The translations under genes were made by a program, and so were the position numbers. This document shows, piece after piece, positions 39,091 through 48,145 of a stretch of DNA of 64,000 nt. The stretch is taken from the sequence record MW341595; one strand, 5' to 3'. Under the pieces are notes generated by a model. That model ran no database searches. It was not told where the DNA came from and was given only the letters and a program-made list of their open reading frames with translations. This stretch comes from Shigella phage Sfk20. How positions within the stretch are numbered: position 1 is the stretch's first letter; each line of letters starts with the position of its first letter.

Positions 39091-39110
39091 ATAGGAGCCG
39101 AAGCTCCTAT
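39091..39110 (-). terminator. GC stem-loop ataggagc-cgaa-gctcctat
   Basis: Palindrome read from sequence, overlapping stop of small ORF 39107..39280. Confidence 0.45.
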
Positions 39111-39280
39111 CCGCATAATACACCATACAGAGGCTCATTAGAGCTTCTAAATTTTATACGCTTATATGTTATAGTTCCTTCTGCTTTAGCTTTATCATGA
39201 GACTCTTTAAAGCGTCTCATCATTTCTGCTTTAGAGGAACGAATTTTATTATAATCTATTTCAGAAGTCTGGGTGTTCAT
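39107..39280 (-). CDS. small hypothetical protein, 57 aa
   Basis: Hand-translated MNTQTSEIDYNKIRSSKAEMMRRFKESHDKAKAEGTITYKRIKFRSSNEPLYGVLCG. Confidence 0.3.
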   Translation of the reverse strand: MNTQTSEIDYNKIRSSKAEMMRRFKESHDKAKAEGTITYKRIKFRSSNEPLYGVLCG

Positions 39281-39283
39281 CTT

Positions 39284-39490
39284 TCACAGTTGCCACCATT
39301 TTTTGACTTGATAGGAATCAACCCACACTTTCATATTAGGGTCTGCTCTTACAATAGGAGGATTAACTTCTTTAATTGAACTATCATGGTATTCTTTTTC
39401 AGAAATTTTCACACAAAGATGACCGTTCAAAGATTCAGTAAATCCTGCATTAATTTTAAGACGCTTGAATTTTACGTGTGTAAGCATCAA
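39284..39490 (-). CDS. hypothetical protein, 68 aa
   Basis: ORF track. Confidence 0.4.
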   Translation of the reverse strand: MMLTHVKFKRLKINAGFTESLNGHLCVKISEKEYHDSSIKEVNPPIVRADPNMKVWVDSYQVKKWWQL

Positions 39491-39773
39491 TCATATCCTC
39501 AATCTGCGATCTAGTAGTCTTCCAAAGAATACTAATGAGTTCATCGTTATATGGCTGTTTTAGAATATCCCGACTTTTCTTGATAGCATATTCGTATTGA
39601 GCAAAATTATTGTTTTCAGCTGCAATCTGAGCGTGTTTATAAAGACGGTTCAGTTCGCGTTTGTTTTTAGACAATAACTTATTTGCTTTTCTTTCTGCTT
39701 CAAGACGGTTCTTTTCTTCAATAGAAGAAATAAGCTTTTCCACTTCATCATTAATTTCGGGTTTATCAGTCAT
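39456..39773 (-). CDS. hypothetical protein, 105 aa
   Basis: ORF track. Confidence 0.45.
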   Translation of the reverse strand: MTDKPEINDEVEKLISSIEEKNRLEAERKANKLLSKNKRELNRLYKHAQIAAENNNFAQYEYAIKKSRDILKQPYNDELISILWKTTRSQIEDMIDAYTRKIQAS

Positions 39774-39774
39774 A

Positions 39775-39993
39775 TTATTTCTCTAATATAAAATAAAAAT
39801 CATCATCTGTTAAATGATACCGATAGTTTAATTCTACACCATTAGATTTAAAAGCGGTATCGTACGGATTTTCTGGATCAATATCAATGTCAAGAGCTAA
39901 AACTTCCCTGAGATACATTTTAAGTAAATAGGGAATAGCTTCAACTTCAGGTATTTCTTCCAAGAATCCGGAGAGGTTAATCGTTAGCCTCAT
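39775..39993 (-). CDS. hypothetical protein, 72 aa
   Basis: ORF track. Confidence 0.45.
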
Positions 39994-40534
39994 ATAAAAA
40001 ATCCAAACTAGGAGAATCGTCTACAACACTTTTCTTTTCAGCCCCCGGTGTTCTATAGGTTGATTCTTCGTAATGCGTCATTTTATCGTAGATGTCTTGA
40101 ATAAAAGTTTCATCTACTAACGCAACCATATCGTCGTCACGACTGTCATAGACATTGTGAACGAAGTAACTGTATTTCTTTGCAACTTCCTTACGTTCTT
40201 TTTTAATACGTTGGACGAATGCATTAAAACAAGCTTGAGTTATATATGCATGCGGGTTTTTATATTTCGTTTCATCAAAATTATGAAGCCCCTTAATAGA
40301 AGCTTCTATACCATCTGCAATCATTTCTTGTTTCCAGGATTGGGTGTATCCTGAAAAGTTGAAACGTTTAGATAAGCCTTCTGCAATAAGCATAATGGCT
40401 AATCCGATAGTATCATTCTGACGAACTACTTTATTTGGGTCTTTATTATTTGCTAATTCTGTTTTCCAATCAATAATAGCTTGTAAAAGCTCTTTATTGT
40501 TTACGTAATTATATTTAGGCTTAGTTTCTGACAT
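39977..40534 (-). CDS. 55: late sigma factor gp55
   Basis: ORF track trimmed to ATG 40532-40534 ([24 protein letters not shown]..., 185 aa as T4 gp55); AGAGGTGA SD. Confidence 0.9.
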
Positions 40535-40612
40535 TTTCACCTCTTAGCTCAATTCATAGATCTATTATATCATAATATTTGAAGATCTATCTTAAAGCAT
40601 AGAGGATATCAG

Positions 40613-40882
40613 TTATCTAAGTAAGCAGTATGCTTGGAACACTTTCTCCATCATCTTTTTAAATTCATGAATATCTATGTAATGACTAGTTAAATCAGCG
40701 TGATATAAAAAGTCTAAAAACTTTTCATGCGTGCTAACATATTCACTTTCATTTAATTCAGAAACATGGCTTTCCCAATATCCAACACCAGTCTTATTTG
40801 GGAAAAATGAAATTTTCATGTATTGATCAACATAGAAAATGCCATAATTTTCAATAGTAATAGAAATATTAATAAATTTCAT
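40613..40882 (-). CDS. hypothetical protein, 89 aa
   Basis: ORF track. Confidence 0.45.
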   Translation of the reverse strand: MKFINISITIENYGIFYVDQYMKISFFPNKTGVGYWESHVSELNESEYVSTHEKFLDFLYHADLTSHYIDIHEFKKMMEKVFQAYCLLR

Positions 40883-41100
40883 GCATTCATCAACTTAGCC
40901 GCTTCAAGAGCTGCATCTAGTGAATCAAACTGGTCAACGTATTCAATCAATTCGCCATAATTAGCGTATAACCACCATTGGCTAAATTCATACTCAAGGA
41001 TGAATCCATTTCCTTCAATTTGAGTTAAACCAATGCCATTTGTATTTACTTCATATCCGGCAAGACGTAAATCGTTAATAAGAGCTTCGTTCATATTCAT
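40879..41100 (-). CDS. hypothetical protein, 73 aa
   Basis: ORF track. Confidence 0.45.
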   Translation of the reverse strand: MNMNEALINDLRLAGYEVNTNGIGLTQIEGNGFILEYEFSQWWLYANYGELIEYVDQFDSLDAALEAAKLMNA

Positions 41101-41423
41101 ACCTTAGCAATTTTCAGATCAGCAAATTTTTTCTTGCGTTGATTTTTCATACGACGAATAGTTTTATCAGAAATTTCATGCTTTTGATAAGCTTTAGATT
41201 CTACGCCAAAAGCTTTAACATCAAATTCTGACAAGATATATTGAACCAACAATTCACGGACAGTATTGCGACCAATTTTCTGATCATTCTGTTTCATCGT
41301 CTGATGAAGCTCTTTTTCCCATTTATCCAAAATTTGAGGAGTTACAATATTGCCTTTTTCTAGCAAAGAAACTACTTTATCATATGCGTAAGAATTGATG
41401 GCGTTTTTAATTTGAATAGTCAT
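41097..41423 (-). CDS. hypothetical protein, 108 aa
   Basis: ORF track. Confidence 0.45.
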   Translation of the reverse strand: MTIQIKNAINSYAYDKVVSLLEKGNIVTPQILDKWEKELHQTMKQNDQKIGRNTVRELLVQYILSEFDVKAFGVESKAYQKHEISDKTIRRMKNQRKKKFADLKIAKV

Positions 41424-41461
41424 ACATTATCCTCAATTTCATTAAAATTTTATTATCCAAA

Positions 41462-41477
41462 AAGGGCCGAAGCCCTT
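41462..41477 (-). terminator. GC stem-loop AAGGGC-CGAA-GCCCTT with A-rich downstream flank
   Basis: Palindrome read from sequence at the stop of ORF 41476..41676. Confidence 0.5.
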
Positions 41478-41676
41478 AGCTAAACTGTTTGGCACCCTTC
41501 CAGCCTTCGTACATCATTGCAGCTGATATTAATATTGCTCCTGCGCATTTTGAATATTTGTGATTCCAAAACCAATTTAGAAAAACTTCGTCATCAATAC
41601 CTTGGGCTATCATATTTTCAAAGAACTGACGACGAGCTTCAGCAATTCGTTGCGATAATTTAGATTCAGGATTCAT
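41476..41676 (-). CDS. hypothetical protein, 66 aa
   Basis: ORF track. Confidence 0.45.
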   Translation of the reverse strand: MNPESKLSQRIAEARRQFFENMIAQGIDDEVFLNWFWNHKYSKCAGAILISAAMMYEGWKGAKQFS

Positions 41677-41808
41677 TTAAATTTTCCAGTTACCATTTTC
41701 ATCAATAAATTTAATCCAATCATTTACTGACCACTTGGTCGTATCGCCTTTTGGAGCAACATTTAAAGTGTATAATCCTTGTTTAAAAAGCATGCGTTTG
41801 ATATTCAT
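41677..41808 (-). CDS. small hypothetical protein, 43 aa
   Basis: ORF track 41677..41892 trimmed to ATG 41806-41808 with GAGGA SD. Confidence 0.35.
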   Translation of the reverse strand: MNIKRMLFKQGLYTLNVAPKGDTTKWSVNDWIKFIDENGNWKI

Positions 41809-41815
41809 ATTTTCC

Positions 41816-42109
41816 TCAGCTGTAACGATAGCACTCGTTTGATTTGCGCTTAGCAACTCGTTGAGAAGTATTATAATCAAAATCATCATCAATGTAAACT
41901 GATTTTTTCAACTTTCTTACTTCACCACGTAATTGGCGATTTAGCTCATCTTTAACTTCTGAATCAATGCCTTTCATTCTACGCCATTTATCTGAGCGAA
42001 AAATGTTTTCAACCATATCTTTATGACTTACACCATCAGGAGCTTTACGCTTTCCGAAATAGTCATAATCACGAACTTTCAAGTCTTTACGACGATACGT
42101 TTTACCCAT
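41816..42109 (-). CDS. hypothetical basic protein, 97 aa
   Basis: ORF track 41816..42148 trimmed to ATG 42107-42109. Confidence 0.4.
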   Translation of the reverse strand: MGKTYRRKDLKVRDYDYFGKRKAPDGVSHKDMVENIFRSDKWRRMKGIDSEVKDELNRQLRGEVRKLKKSVYIDDDFDYNTSQRVAKRKSNECYRYS

Positions 42110-42278
42110 GGAGTTTAATTTCCTTAGCAACTGAACTAAATACAGCACGATCGCAAATCATCTGTTTATTCCATTTAAGTACAGTATAATGAACATCTAG
42201 ATCATCTACTGCTGTAACAATAACAATATGTCCGTTAACACGATAATACTGATCTCTTTTAATCTCTTTATCAACCAT
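42102..42278 (-). CDS. small hypothetical protein, 58 aa
   Basis: Hand-translated MVDKEIKRDQYYRVNGHIVIVTAVDDLDVHYTVLKWNKQMICDRAVFSSVAKEIKLHG; GAGGA SD. Confidence 0.35.
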   Translation of the reverse strand: MVDKEIKRDQYYRVNGHIVIVTAVDDLDVHYTVLKWNKQMICDRAVFSSVAKEIKLHG

Positions 42279-42308
42279 ATCAAATCCTCAAAGGCAATTC
42301 ATATGTTA

Positions 42309-42337
42309 ATAATACCACAGTTTGAACTTGTTGTAAA
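42309..42337 (-). promoter_or_regulatory. early (sigma70-type) promoter
   Basis: Reverse complement TTTACA-17 nt-TATTAT. Confidence 0.55.
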
Positions 42338-42418
42338 CAACTTTGTGAAAATTATTTTAGGGAATGATAAGAAGGGAACGATAGTTAGAATGGTAATATA
42401 CAGAATGTGAGAAAGAAA

Positions 42419-42431
42419 GGCCCAGAGGGCC
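42419..42431 (-). terminator. GC stem-loop ggccc-aga-gggcc downstream of nrdH
   Basis: Palindrome read from sequence. Confidence 0.45.
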
Positions 42432-42435
42432 CATC

Positions 42436-42744
42436 TTAGTCTTCTATGATATCTCTATCATATCCAAGTGAAATGAGAGTTTCTTTGAAGTGTTTAATGT
42501 TCTTTTGTCTAGAATCATTGATGAAAATGACTGGATAACGAATGTTAAGAGATGTGAATCCAGCGCGTTTAGCAAGAGATACAATCAGTGGACGATCATA
42601 CTCAATCTTACCATTATTTGTAAGAACTTTATAGAAAGTAAAAGGAGCATTGAGCTCCTTTAGAAGTTTTGTAACTGATTGACATCCAGGACAACGACCT
42701 ACTTCATCTGGAATTCCATAGACTTCAATCTTGTTCTGTTTCAC
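42436..42744 (-). CDS. nrdH: glutaredoxin-like protein NrdH
   Basis: 102 aa; CPGC redox motif; position upstream of nrdG/nrdD. Confidence 0.8.
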   Translation of the reverse strand: MKQNKIEVYGIPDEVGRCPGCQSVTKLLKELNAPFTFYKVLTNNGKIEYDRPLIVSLAKRAGFTSLNIRYPVIFINDSRQKNIKHFKETLISLGYDRDIIED

Positions 42745-42746
42745 AA

Positions 42747-42959
42747 CTATTCCTTACTAAGAGCAGAATTCAGCTTATTAGTAATTTTATCCAGACGCTC
42801 ATTGAACTCGCTAGAAGACAGTCCTTTTTCTGGAGAAATCAAACTAATCACGAAAAATATAGCAATAAAAGGAATAAGGAAAATAGCTCCAACTGCCATA
42901 AACAGAAAGAATGTTACAGTTGTAAGAAAATCAGCTAAACCTTTGCGAAATTTATACAT
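42747..42959 (-). CDS. small membrane protein, 70 aa
   Basis: ORF track; hydrophobic segment. Confidence 0.45.
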   Translation of the reverse strand: MYKFRKGLADFLTTVTFFLFMAVGAIFLIPFIAIFFVISLISPEKGLSSSEFNERLDKITNKLNSALSKE

Positions 42960-43074
42960 ATTTTACCCTTAATTGATTAACCAAGCATTGATAAGCACTA
43001 AACTATATTGCGAATAAAATTCTGGACCAAAATGAAAAATCATATCATTTATAGTGTCCATAATATAATTCAAT

Positions 43075-43545
43075 TTAATCATGTTTCCACACCCCATCGG
43101 TATTTGACCAAAGTCGCTGATTATCTGATCCTCGCCACAGCTTTTTAGTCGGAAGATTTTTCTCATACTTCCCATCAATAATAACATCAACATATTTAAG
43201 CATTTCTAGTTGTTTAATATCTTCAAATTTATATCCTGTCCACAACCAAATGCTTTTATTGGGATAAAGATTTTTTACTGTTTGAACCACAGAGTGAACA
43301 ACATCTCGGTTATCAGGATAGAGAGGGTCTCCTCCAGTTATAGTTAATCCTTCTATATAATCGTTATTCAAACATTCAATTAATTGTTCCAGTGTTTCAC
43401 CAGTGAATGGAACGCCATTTCTAGCATTCCATGTTGATTTATTATAACACCCTTCGCATTTATGCAAACAGCCTGTGACGAAAAGAACGACCCTGCATCC
43501 AGGGCCATTCACAAAATCGCATGGATAAAATCTATCATAATTCAT
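43075..43545 (-). CDS. nrdG: anaerobic ribonucleotide reductase activating protein NrdG (radical SAM)
   Basis: 156 aa; radical SAM cysteine cluster CLHKCEGC. Confidence 0.9.
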   Translation of the reverse strand: MNYDRFYPCDFVNGPGCRVVLFVTGCLHKCEGCYNKSTWNARNGVPFTGETLEQLIECLNNDYIEGLTITGGDPLYPDNRDVVHSVVQTVKNLYPNKSIWLWTGYKFEDIKQLEMLKYVDVIIDGKYEKNLPTKKLWRGSDNQRLWSNTDGVWKHD

Positions 43546-45359
43546 TGGTGTTTAACCCTATGCATGATTTCTTTATTTTTGCCGAGATTAAATCCGCGTT
43601 CGTTCGGATTTCCTAAATAACCGCAAGTTCTTCTTATTGTGTTCATCTTTTTAGGATCAGTTTCTCCACAAATAGAACAAACAAACCCGTTTTCAGTAGG
43701 AGTCATTTCATGTGTACTTCCGCATGTAAAACACTTATCTACTGGCATATTAACGCCAAAATAATCTAAATGCTGTGCAGCATAATCCCATACAGCCTCA
43801 AGACCTTTTAGGTTATTTTTCATATCAGGAAGTTCAACATAAGAAATGTGACCACCTGTCGCAATGAAATGATATGGAGCTTCGCGGGAAATCTTTTCAA
43901 ATGGAGTAATATTTTCTTCTACTGAAACATGGAAACTATTAGTGTACCAGCCTTTATCAGTAACATCCTTTACACTTCCATATTTTTCAGTATCAAGTTT
44001 ACAGAAGCGATAGCACAGGTTTTCAGCAGGTGTAGAATACAAACTAAAAGCAAAACCGGTTCTTTCAGTCCACTGCTTAAGACGAGCATTCATTTTAGTT
44101 AAAATTTCCTGTCCAATATCACGACCGACAAGAATATTCAATTCGTGAATACCAATGTATCCCAAAGACACTGAACTTCTACCGTTTTTAAATAACTCAA
44201 TTATGTCGTCATCAGGTTTAAGACGAACCCCGAATGCACCTTCTTGGTAAAGAATAGGAGCAACAGTCGCTTTAACTCCTTTTAAAGAATTAATTCTACA
44301 CATCAAAGCTTCAAAGCATAAATCCATTCGCTCATTGAACAATTCGGCAAATTTTTGTTCATTGAACTGTGTTCCAATATAAGAATCTAACGCAATGCGA
44401 GGAAGATTCAGTGTTACAACACCAAGATTATTACGTCCATCAAGAATTTCATTACCAGTCGAATCTTTCCATACGCTTAAGAAACTACGGCAACCCATTG
44501 GAGAAACAGGAATAGATGAACCAGTGATAGCTTTATTGTTCTTAGCTGAAATAATATCAGGATACATTCTTTTGCTTGCACACTCTAGAGCAAGCTGCTT
44601 AATATCATAGTTCGGATCATCTTTATAAAGATTAACACCTTCTTCAACGAACATAACAAGCTTAGGGAAAATAGGAGTTATCCCATCGCGACCAAGACCT
44701 TTAATACGATTTTTCAGAATTGCTTTCTGAATCATTCGTTCAGTCCAGTCAGTTCCCGTACCAAATGTAATTGTTACAAAAGGCGTTTGTCCGTTTGAAC
44801 TAAAAAGAGTATTTACTTCATATTCATAAGCTTGGAATGCATCGTATACGTCTTTTTCTGTTTTAGATTGAGCATAATTCAACGCATCAGCGATTTGCCA
44901 TTTTTCTGCGTCCTCAATATGTTTTGCATAGGTGCGTTTAACATAAGGAGAAAGTACTTTATCTACATTCGCAAAAGTCGTTCCACCATATTGGTGAGAA
45001 GCAACCTGTGCAGTAATTTGTGCCATAATTGCAGTAGCAACGCCGATTGATTTAGGAGTTTCAATCTGTGCATTACCGAGCTTAAATCCGTTTTCAAGCA
45101 TTCCTTTTAAATCTACTAAACAGCAATTAGTAAATGGAAGAGCAGGGGAATAATCAATATCATGGAAATGGATAATTCCGCTTTCATGCGCTTTCATAAT
45201 AAAAGACGGGACCATATTTTTGGCAATGTGTTTAGACACAATACCAGCCATAAGGTCCCGTTGAGTTGGAAAAACACGAGAATCTTTATTAGCATTCTCG
45301 TTCAAAAGGTCTTTATTAGTTTTATGAATCAATCCTTCAATTTCTTTTTCAATTGTCAT
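43542..45359 (-). CDS. nrdD: anaerobic ribonucleoside-triphosphate reductase NrdD, uninterrupted
   Basis: 605 aa continuous ORF; C-terminal glycyl-radical motif RRTCGYLG and zinc-ribbon cysteines; overlaps nrdG by 4 nt. Confidence 0.95.
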   Translation of the reverse strand: MTIEKEIEGLIHKTNKDLLNENANKDSRVFPTQRDLMAGIVSKHIAKNMVPSFIMKAHESGIIHFHDIDYSPALPFTNCCLVDLKGMLENGFKLGNAQIETPKSIGVATAIMAQITAQVASHQYGGTTFANVDKVLSPYVKRTYAKHIEDAEKWQIADALNYAQSKTEKDVYDAFQAYEYEVNTLFSSNGQTPFVTITFGTGTDWTERMIQKAILKNRIKGLGRDGITPIFPKLVMFVEEGVNLYKDDPNYDIKQLALECASKRMYPDIISAKNNKAITGSSIPVSPMGCRSFLSVWKDSTGNEILDGRNNLGVVTLNLPRIALDSYIGTQFNEQKFAELFNERMDLCFEALMCRINSLKGVKATVAPILYQEGAFGVRLKPDDDIIELFKNGRSSVSLGYIGIHELNILVGRDIGQEILTKMNARLKQWTERTGFAFSLYSTPAENLCYRFCKLDTEKYGSVKDVTDKGWYTNSFHVSVEENITPFEKISREAPYHFIATGGHISYVELPDMKNNLKGLEAVWDYAAQHLDYFGVNMPVDKCFTCGSTHEMTPTENGFVCSICGETDPKKMNTIRRTCGYLGNPNERGFNLGKNKEIMHRVKHQ

Positions 45360-45829
45360 TTTAAACTCTTTCTAAGCTGCTTCTTAAATGAAGCTATTAA
45401 TTGTGTTTTAGTGTCAGATTCATTATATTCAAATCCTCTTTGAAGCATCTCAGCCATCATTTCCTCTTTTCCTAAACGAGAAAATTCCTTTGATTTATCT
45501 CCAACGAAGTTAGGGTGAATATTATTTTGGGTGTAATCGGATTTTAAATAAGTAAGTAAATTTTCTAACCATTCAAGATAATCAACGCCTTGTCCCTTTA
45601 AGCCAGAACGATTAAATTTGTGCTTCATTTGACCTTCCGCTGCATTGCAAAGATTACAGAGCAATCCACGCACCTTTCCTGCTTTTGGTCCATTTAATTC
45701 ATGGTCATGGTCAAGGTGATTAGCTTGAACATCAGGATTTAGTTCTCGTTGGCAAATTAAGCATTTACCATTTTGTGCATTATAAAATTTTTGTTTTTCT
45801 TCTTTGTATAATTTGCCAGTCAATAACAT
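45356..45829 (-). CDS. 49: endonuclease VII gp49 (Holliday junction resolvase)
   Basis: 157 aa as T4 gp49; N-terminal zinc-binding cysteines. Confidence 0.9.
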   Translation of the reverse strand: MLLTGKLYKEEKQKFYNAQNGKCLICQRELNPDVQANHLDHDHELNGPKAGKVRGLLCNLCNAAEGQMKHKFNRSGLKGQGVDYLEWLENLLTYLKSDYTQNNIHPNFVGDKSKEFSRLGKEEMMAEMLQRGFEYNESDTKTQLIASFKKQLRKSLK

Positions 45830-45835
45830 AATAAA

Positions 45836-45860
45836 ACCCTTACCTTGAATAGATAAGGGT
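45836..45860 (-). promoter_or_regulatory. stem-loop immediately upstream of the gene 49 start
   Basis: 7-bp stem accctta/taagggt with 11-nt loop; only a U-run lies between it and the ATG, no SD visible. Confidence 0.45.
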
Positions 45861-45871
45861 ATTTATTATTT

Positions 45872-46048
45872 TCAAGTATTGTAAAACATTCGATGCAATC
45901 GCTTATATTGCCGAATCATCTTTTTAGTAGGACGAGAATAAGTTCCTACACAAGTGGTCATATTAGAGTCGGTATGACTTCCTTTAATAAAAAGTTTCCA
46001 AACCTTACCACCATTTAACTTTTCAGTATAAATTAATTCGGTTTTCAT
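45872..46048 (-). CDS. small hypothetical protein, 58 aa
   Basis: Hand-translated MKTELIYTEKLNGGKVWKLFIKGSHTDSNMTTCVGTYSRPTKKMIRQYKRLHRMFYNT. Confidence 0.3.
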   Translation of the reverse strand: MKTELIYTEKLNGGKVWKLFIKGSHTDSNMTTCVGTYSRPTKKMIRQYKRLHRMFYNT

Positions 46049-46512
46049 TAAAACGCTCGGTCAGAAAAAGAATTTTGAGTTTCAAGCCATTCAATATATT
46101 CTGCCGCAGCTTGCATCAAATTTCCTTCATAACCATCGTTATTTTCTTGTGCAGCTAATTTAGCTAATGCGTATGAAATACGTTCACCTTGAAAAGCGGC
46201 TTCAGGTTTATGAATAACTTGATCAACTCGTTCTACGACCTCTTCAATTTCGCCATTTTCTACTGATTCAGTATTCCATAAGCACCAATAGGCAGTTGGC
46301 TTATCGTAGATGTTAATAATCTTTCCACCAGAAAGTTCAATTTCAATAATTCCAGTATCAGGTTCTATATCATCTTCACATTCTTTTACAAGTTCACGAA
46401 CTTTAAAGACAGTACCTGCACCAAGTTCCGGCCAGTAATTACACAGCTCTTTATCAGCACGATTAATTTTAAACCACTTATCTACTGCAATCATATCCCA
46501 TCTCCATATCAA
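46048..46512 (-). CDS. hypothetical protein (pin position), 154 aa
   Basis: ORF track; synteny with T4 pin only. Confidence 0.4.
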   Translation of the reverse strand: MIWRWDMIAVDKWFKINRADKELCNYWPELGAGTVFKVRELVKECEDDIEPDTGIIEIELSGGKIINIYDKPTAYWCLWNTESVENGEIEEVVERVDQVIHKPEAAFQGERISYALAKLAAQENNDGYEGNLMQAAAEYIEWLETQNSFSDRAF

Positions 46513-46617
46513 TTAAGTCGTTTATCGTTGGTTCATTATATACTGTTTCTTCATCAGTGTAAACCGGTTCTTCCGGCTCTGGCTCTACAGTTTCCCATCT
46601 AGCCGCCCACCAAGGTT

Positions 46618-46938
46618 TTATAGCGTAATCCATTCTCGTACTGTCTGAGTTACTACACGTTCACGGGGCTCGACTAGTTCAACAGTCGGAACTGCATAAT
46701 ACCAGTCAGAATGGTAAGAACCTGAGCGAGTTTCATTTACTGAAACATGTACATTGTGTTTTGGACTAAAATAAACACACTGGCGATATTGGCATTTACC
46801 ATCTTGTACCCAATCTTCTATTTCGATAGGTTTAAGATAATCCGAAAAATCGAAATCATAATTTTCTGAAAATGCATCATGGTCTTCGATGATTTCACTC
46901 AGAACTGCATCAACATCTAATTTATTTTCAATATTCAT
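46618..46938 (-). CDS. hypothetical protein, 106 aa
   Basis: ORF track. Confidence 0.45.
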   Translation of the reverse strand: MNIENKLDVDAVLSEIIEDHDAFSENYDFDFSDYLKPIEIEDWVQDGKCQYRQCVYFSPKHNVHVSVNETRSGSYHSDWYYAVPTVELVEPRERVVTQTVREWITL

Positions 46939-46948
46939 TTTTCACCAA

Positions 46949-47158
46949 TTAATTTCGCAATTTATTAAGTTCTTCATAATCAATCCAGGATTCTAGTCCT
47001 GATGGCAAATCAGATTCAATTTCCCAAAGAAGTTCTTCAATTTTCTGAAGACGATCCAGTTCTTCAGCTGGAATAGTAACCATTGATGGAGCTCTTGATA
47101 CACTAATATCGTAAATCATATTTACCCCAGTTTGACCATACAATCGCCATATTTCCAT
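46949..47158 (-). CDS. hypothetical protein, 69 aa
   Basis: ORF track. Confidence 0.4.
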   Translation of the reverse strand: MEIWRLYGQTGVNMIYDISVSRAPSMVTIPAEELDRLQKIEELLWEIESDLPSGLESWIDYEELNKLRN

Positions 47159-47337
47159 TTAGAAATAGACTTTTCACCATTAGAATAATAAACTTCGAGT
47201 TTAGCGCGGCCATTTTTAATTTGAATAACCTTTGCTGTCATCAAAGTTCCATATCCATAATAAACTGCAACCTCATCACCTACATATACCGCGCTTCCGC
47301 GGTAGTCATGGATATAATCAGTTCTTTCGAGCATCAT
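47122..47337 (-). CDS. hypothetical protein, 71 aa
   Basis: ORF track. Confidence 0.4.
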   Translation of the reverse strand: MMLERTDYIHDYRGSAVYVGDEVAVYYGYGTLMTAKVIQIKNGRAKLEVYYSNGEKSISKWKYGDCMVKLG

Positions 47338-47597
47338 TTAAAGTATTCCCGCAATTGATCAAATCCACCAATATGACTTCCATCAGGAGCAAATACTTGT
47401 GGCATTGTCAAACCAATTTGAGTATCACGACCTAGTTTCGTCAGAAGCTCAGCGATTTTCTCATCATCAAAAACACCTTTTTCCGGCATAATATTGATAA
47501 ATTCAAACGGTTGTTTCTTAACAGTCAAAAGACGTTTTGCATTATCGCAATACACACATTTGTGGATGTTGCTATCATAACCATATACTTTAAACAT
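47334..47597 (-). CDS. nrdC: thioredoxin/glutaredoxin NrdC
   Basis: 87 aa; MFKVYGYDSNIHKCVYCDNAKRLL... with CVYC active site, recognised as T4 NrdC-like. Confidence 0.9.
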   Translation of the reverse strand: MFKVYGYDSNIHKCVYCDNAKRLLTVKKQPFEFINIMPEKGVFDDEKIAELLTKLGRDTQIGLTMPQVFAPDGSHIGGFDQLREYFK

Positions 47598-47598
47598 A

Positions 47599-47856
47599 TT
47601 ATTCCTTAATTCCTAGTACTTGTTTAAAAGTCTCGTCGTAATCAAGACTTTGGCCCGTTTGTTCTTTATGTTTGTATATAATATCACTTACTTCTGATAG
47701 CATATTTTTATATGAACGAGTTAAAGCAGATTTAAGCACGCTGTATCTATCAGGAAATTTACCGTGTTCATTATAATACGCTATTGCTAATTCACGGACT
47801 GCCTTTTCAGCAATCTCCATATATTCTTTACGCTTGGTCATTTTCTTCTCGGTCAA
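47599..47856 (-). CDS. hypothetical protein, 85 aa
   Basis: ORF track. Confidence 0.45.
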   Translation of the reverse strand: MTEKKMTKRKEYMEIAEKAVRELAIAYYNEHGKFPDRYSVLKSALTRSYKNMLSEVSDIIYKHKEQTGQSLDYDETFKQVLGIKE

Positions 47857-48145
47857 ATCGGTGTTTGCAATGACGGCATTTATAACGAAGATTACTAGTC
47901 TGCCAATGGACTAATTGAACCTGTTCAGTACCGCATTCAGGACAATTAGGAACGTTTTTAGAAGCCCTTTCGCGACGTTCAACCATAGTCATAATAGCAT
48001 CCCAGGCTGGAGGTTTAAAATCTAAATCATCACAACCATGAATCTTTCCACGCATTTCCAGATCGTCTTCTTCACCATCCATAATAATTTTAATTAGACT
48101 GGAATTACTTGAAGCTGCAATGTCTTCTAATAGACGCTTTTTCAT
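47828..48145 (-). CDS. zinc-ribbon protein, 105 aa (CPECG...CRHC)
   Basis: ORF track; CxxC-x17-CxxC visible. Confidence 0.5.
   Translation of the reverse strand: MKKRLLEDIAASSNSSLIKIIMDGEEDDLEMRGKIHGCDDLDFKPPAWDAIMTMVERRERASKNVPNCPECGTEQVQLVHWQTSNLRYKCRHCKHRFDREENDQA

Noticed and set aside
40551-40612. MotA-box-like TGCTTTA upstream of gene 55
   Set aside because: No TAnnnT -10 element at the required 11-13 nt spacing, so not called as a promoter.
42969-43193. 74-aa ORF overlapping the 3' end of nrdG
   Set aside because: Overlaps nrdG coding sequence by about 120 nt; no convincing start downstream of the nrdG stop.
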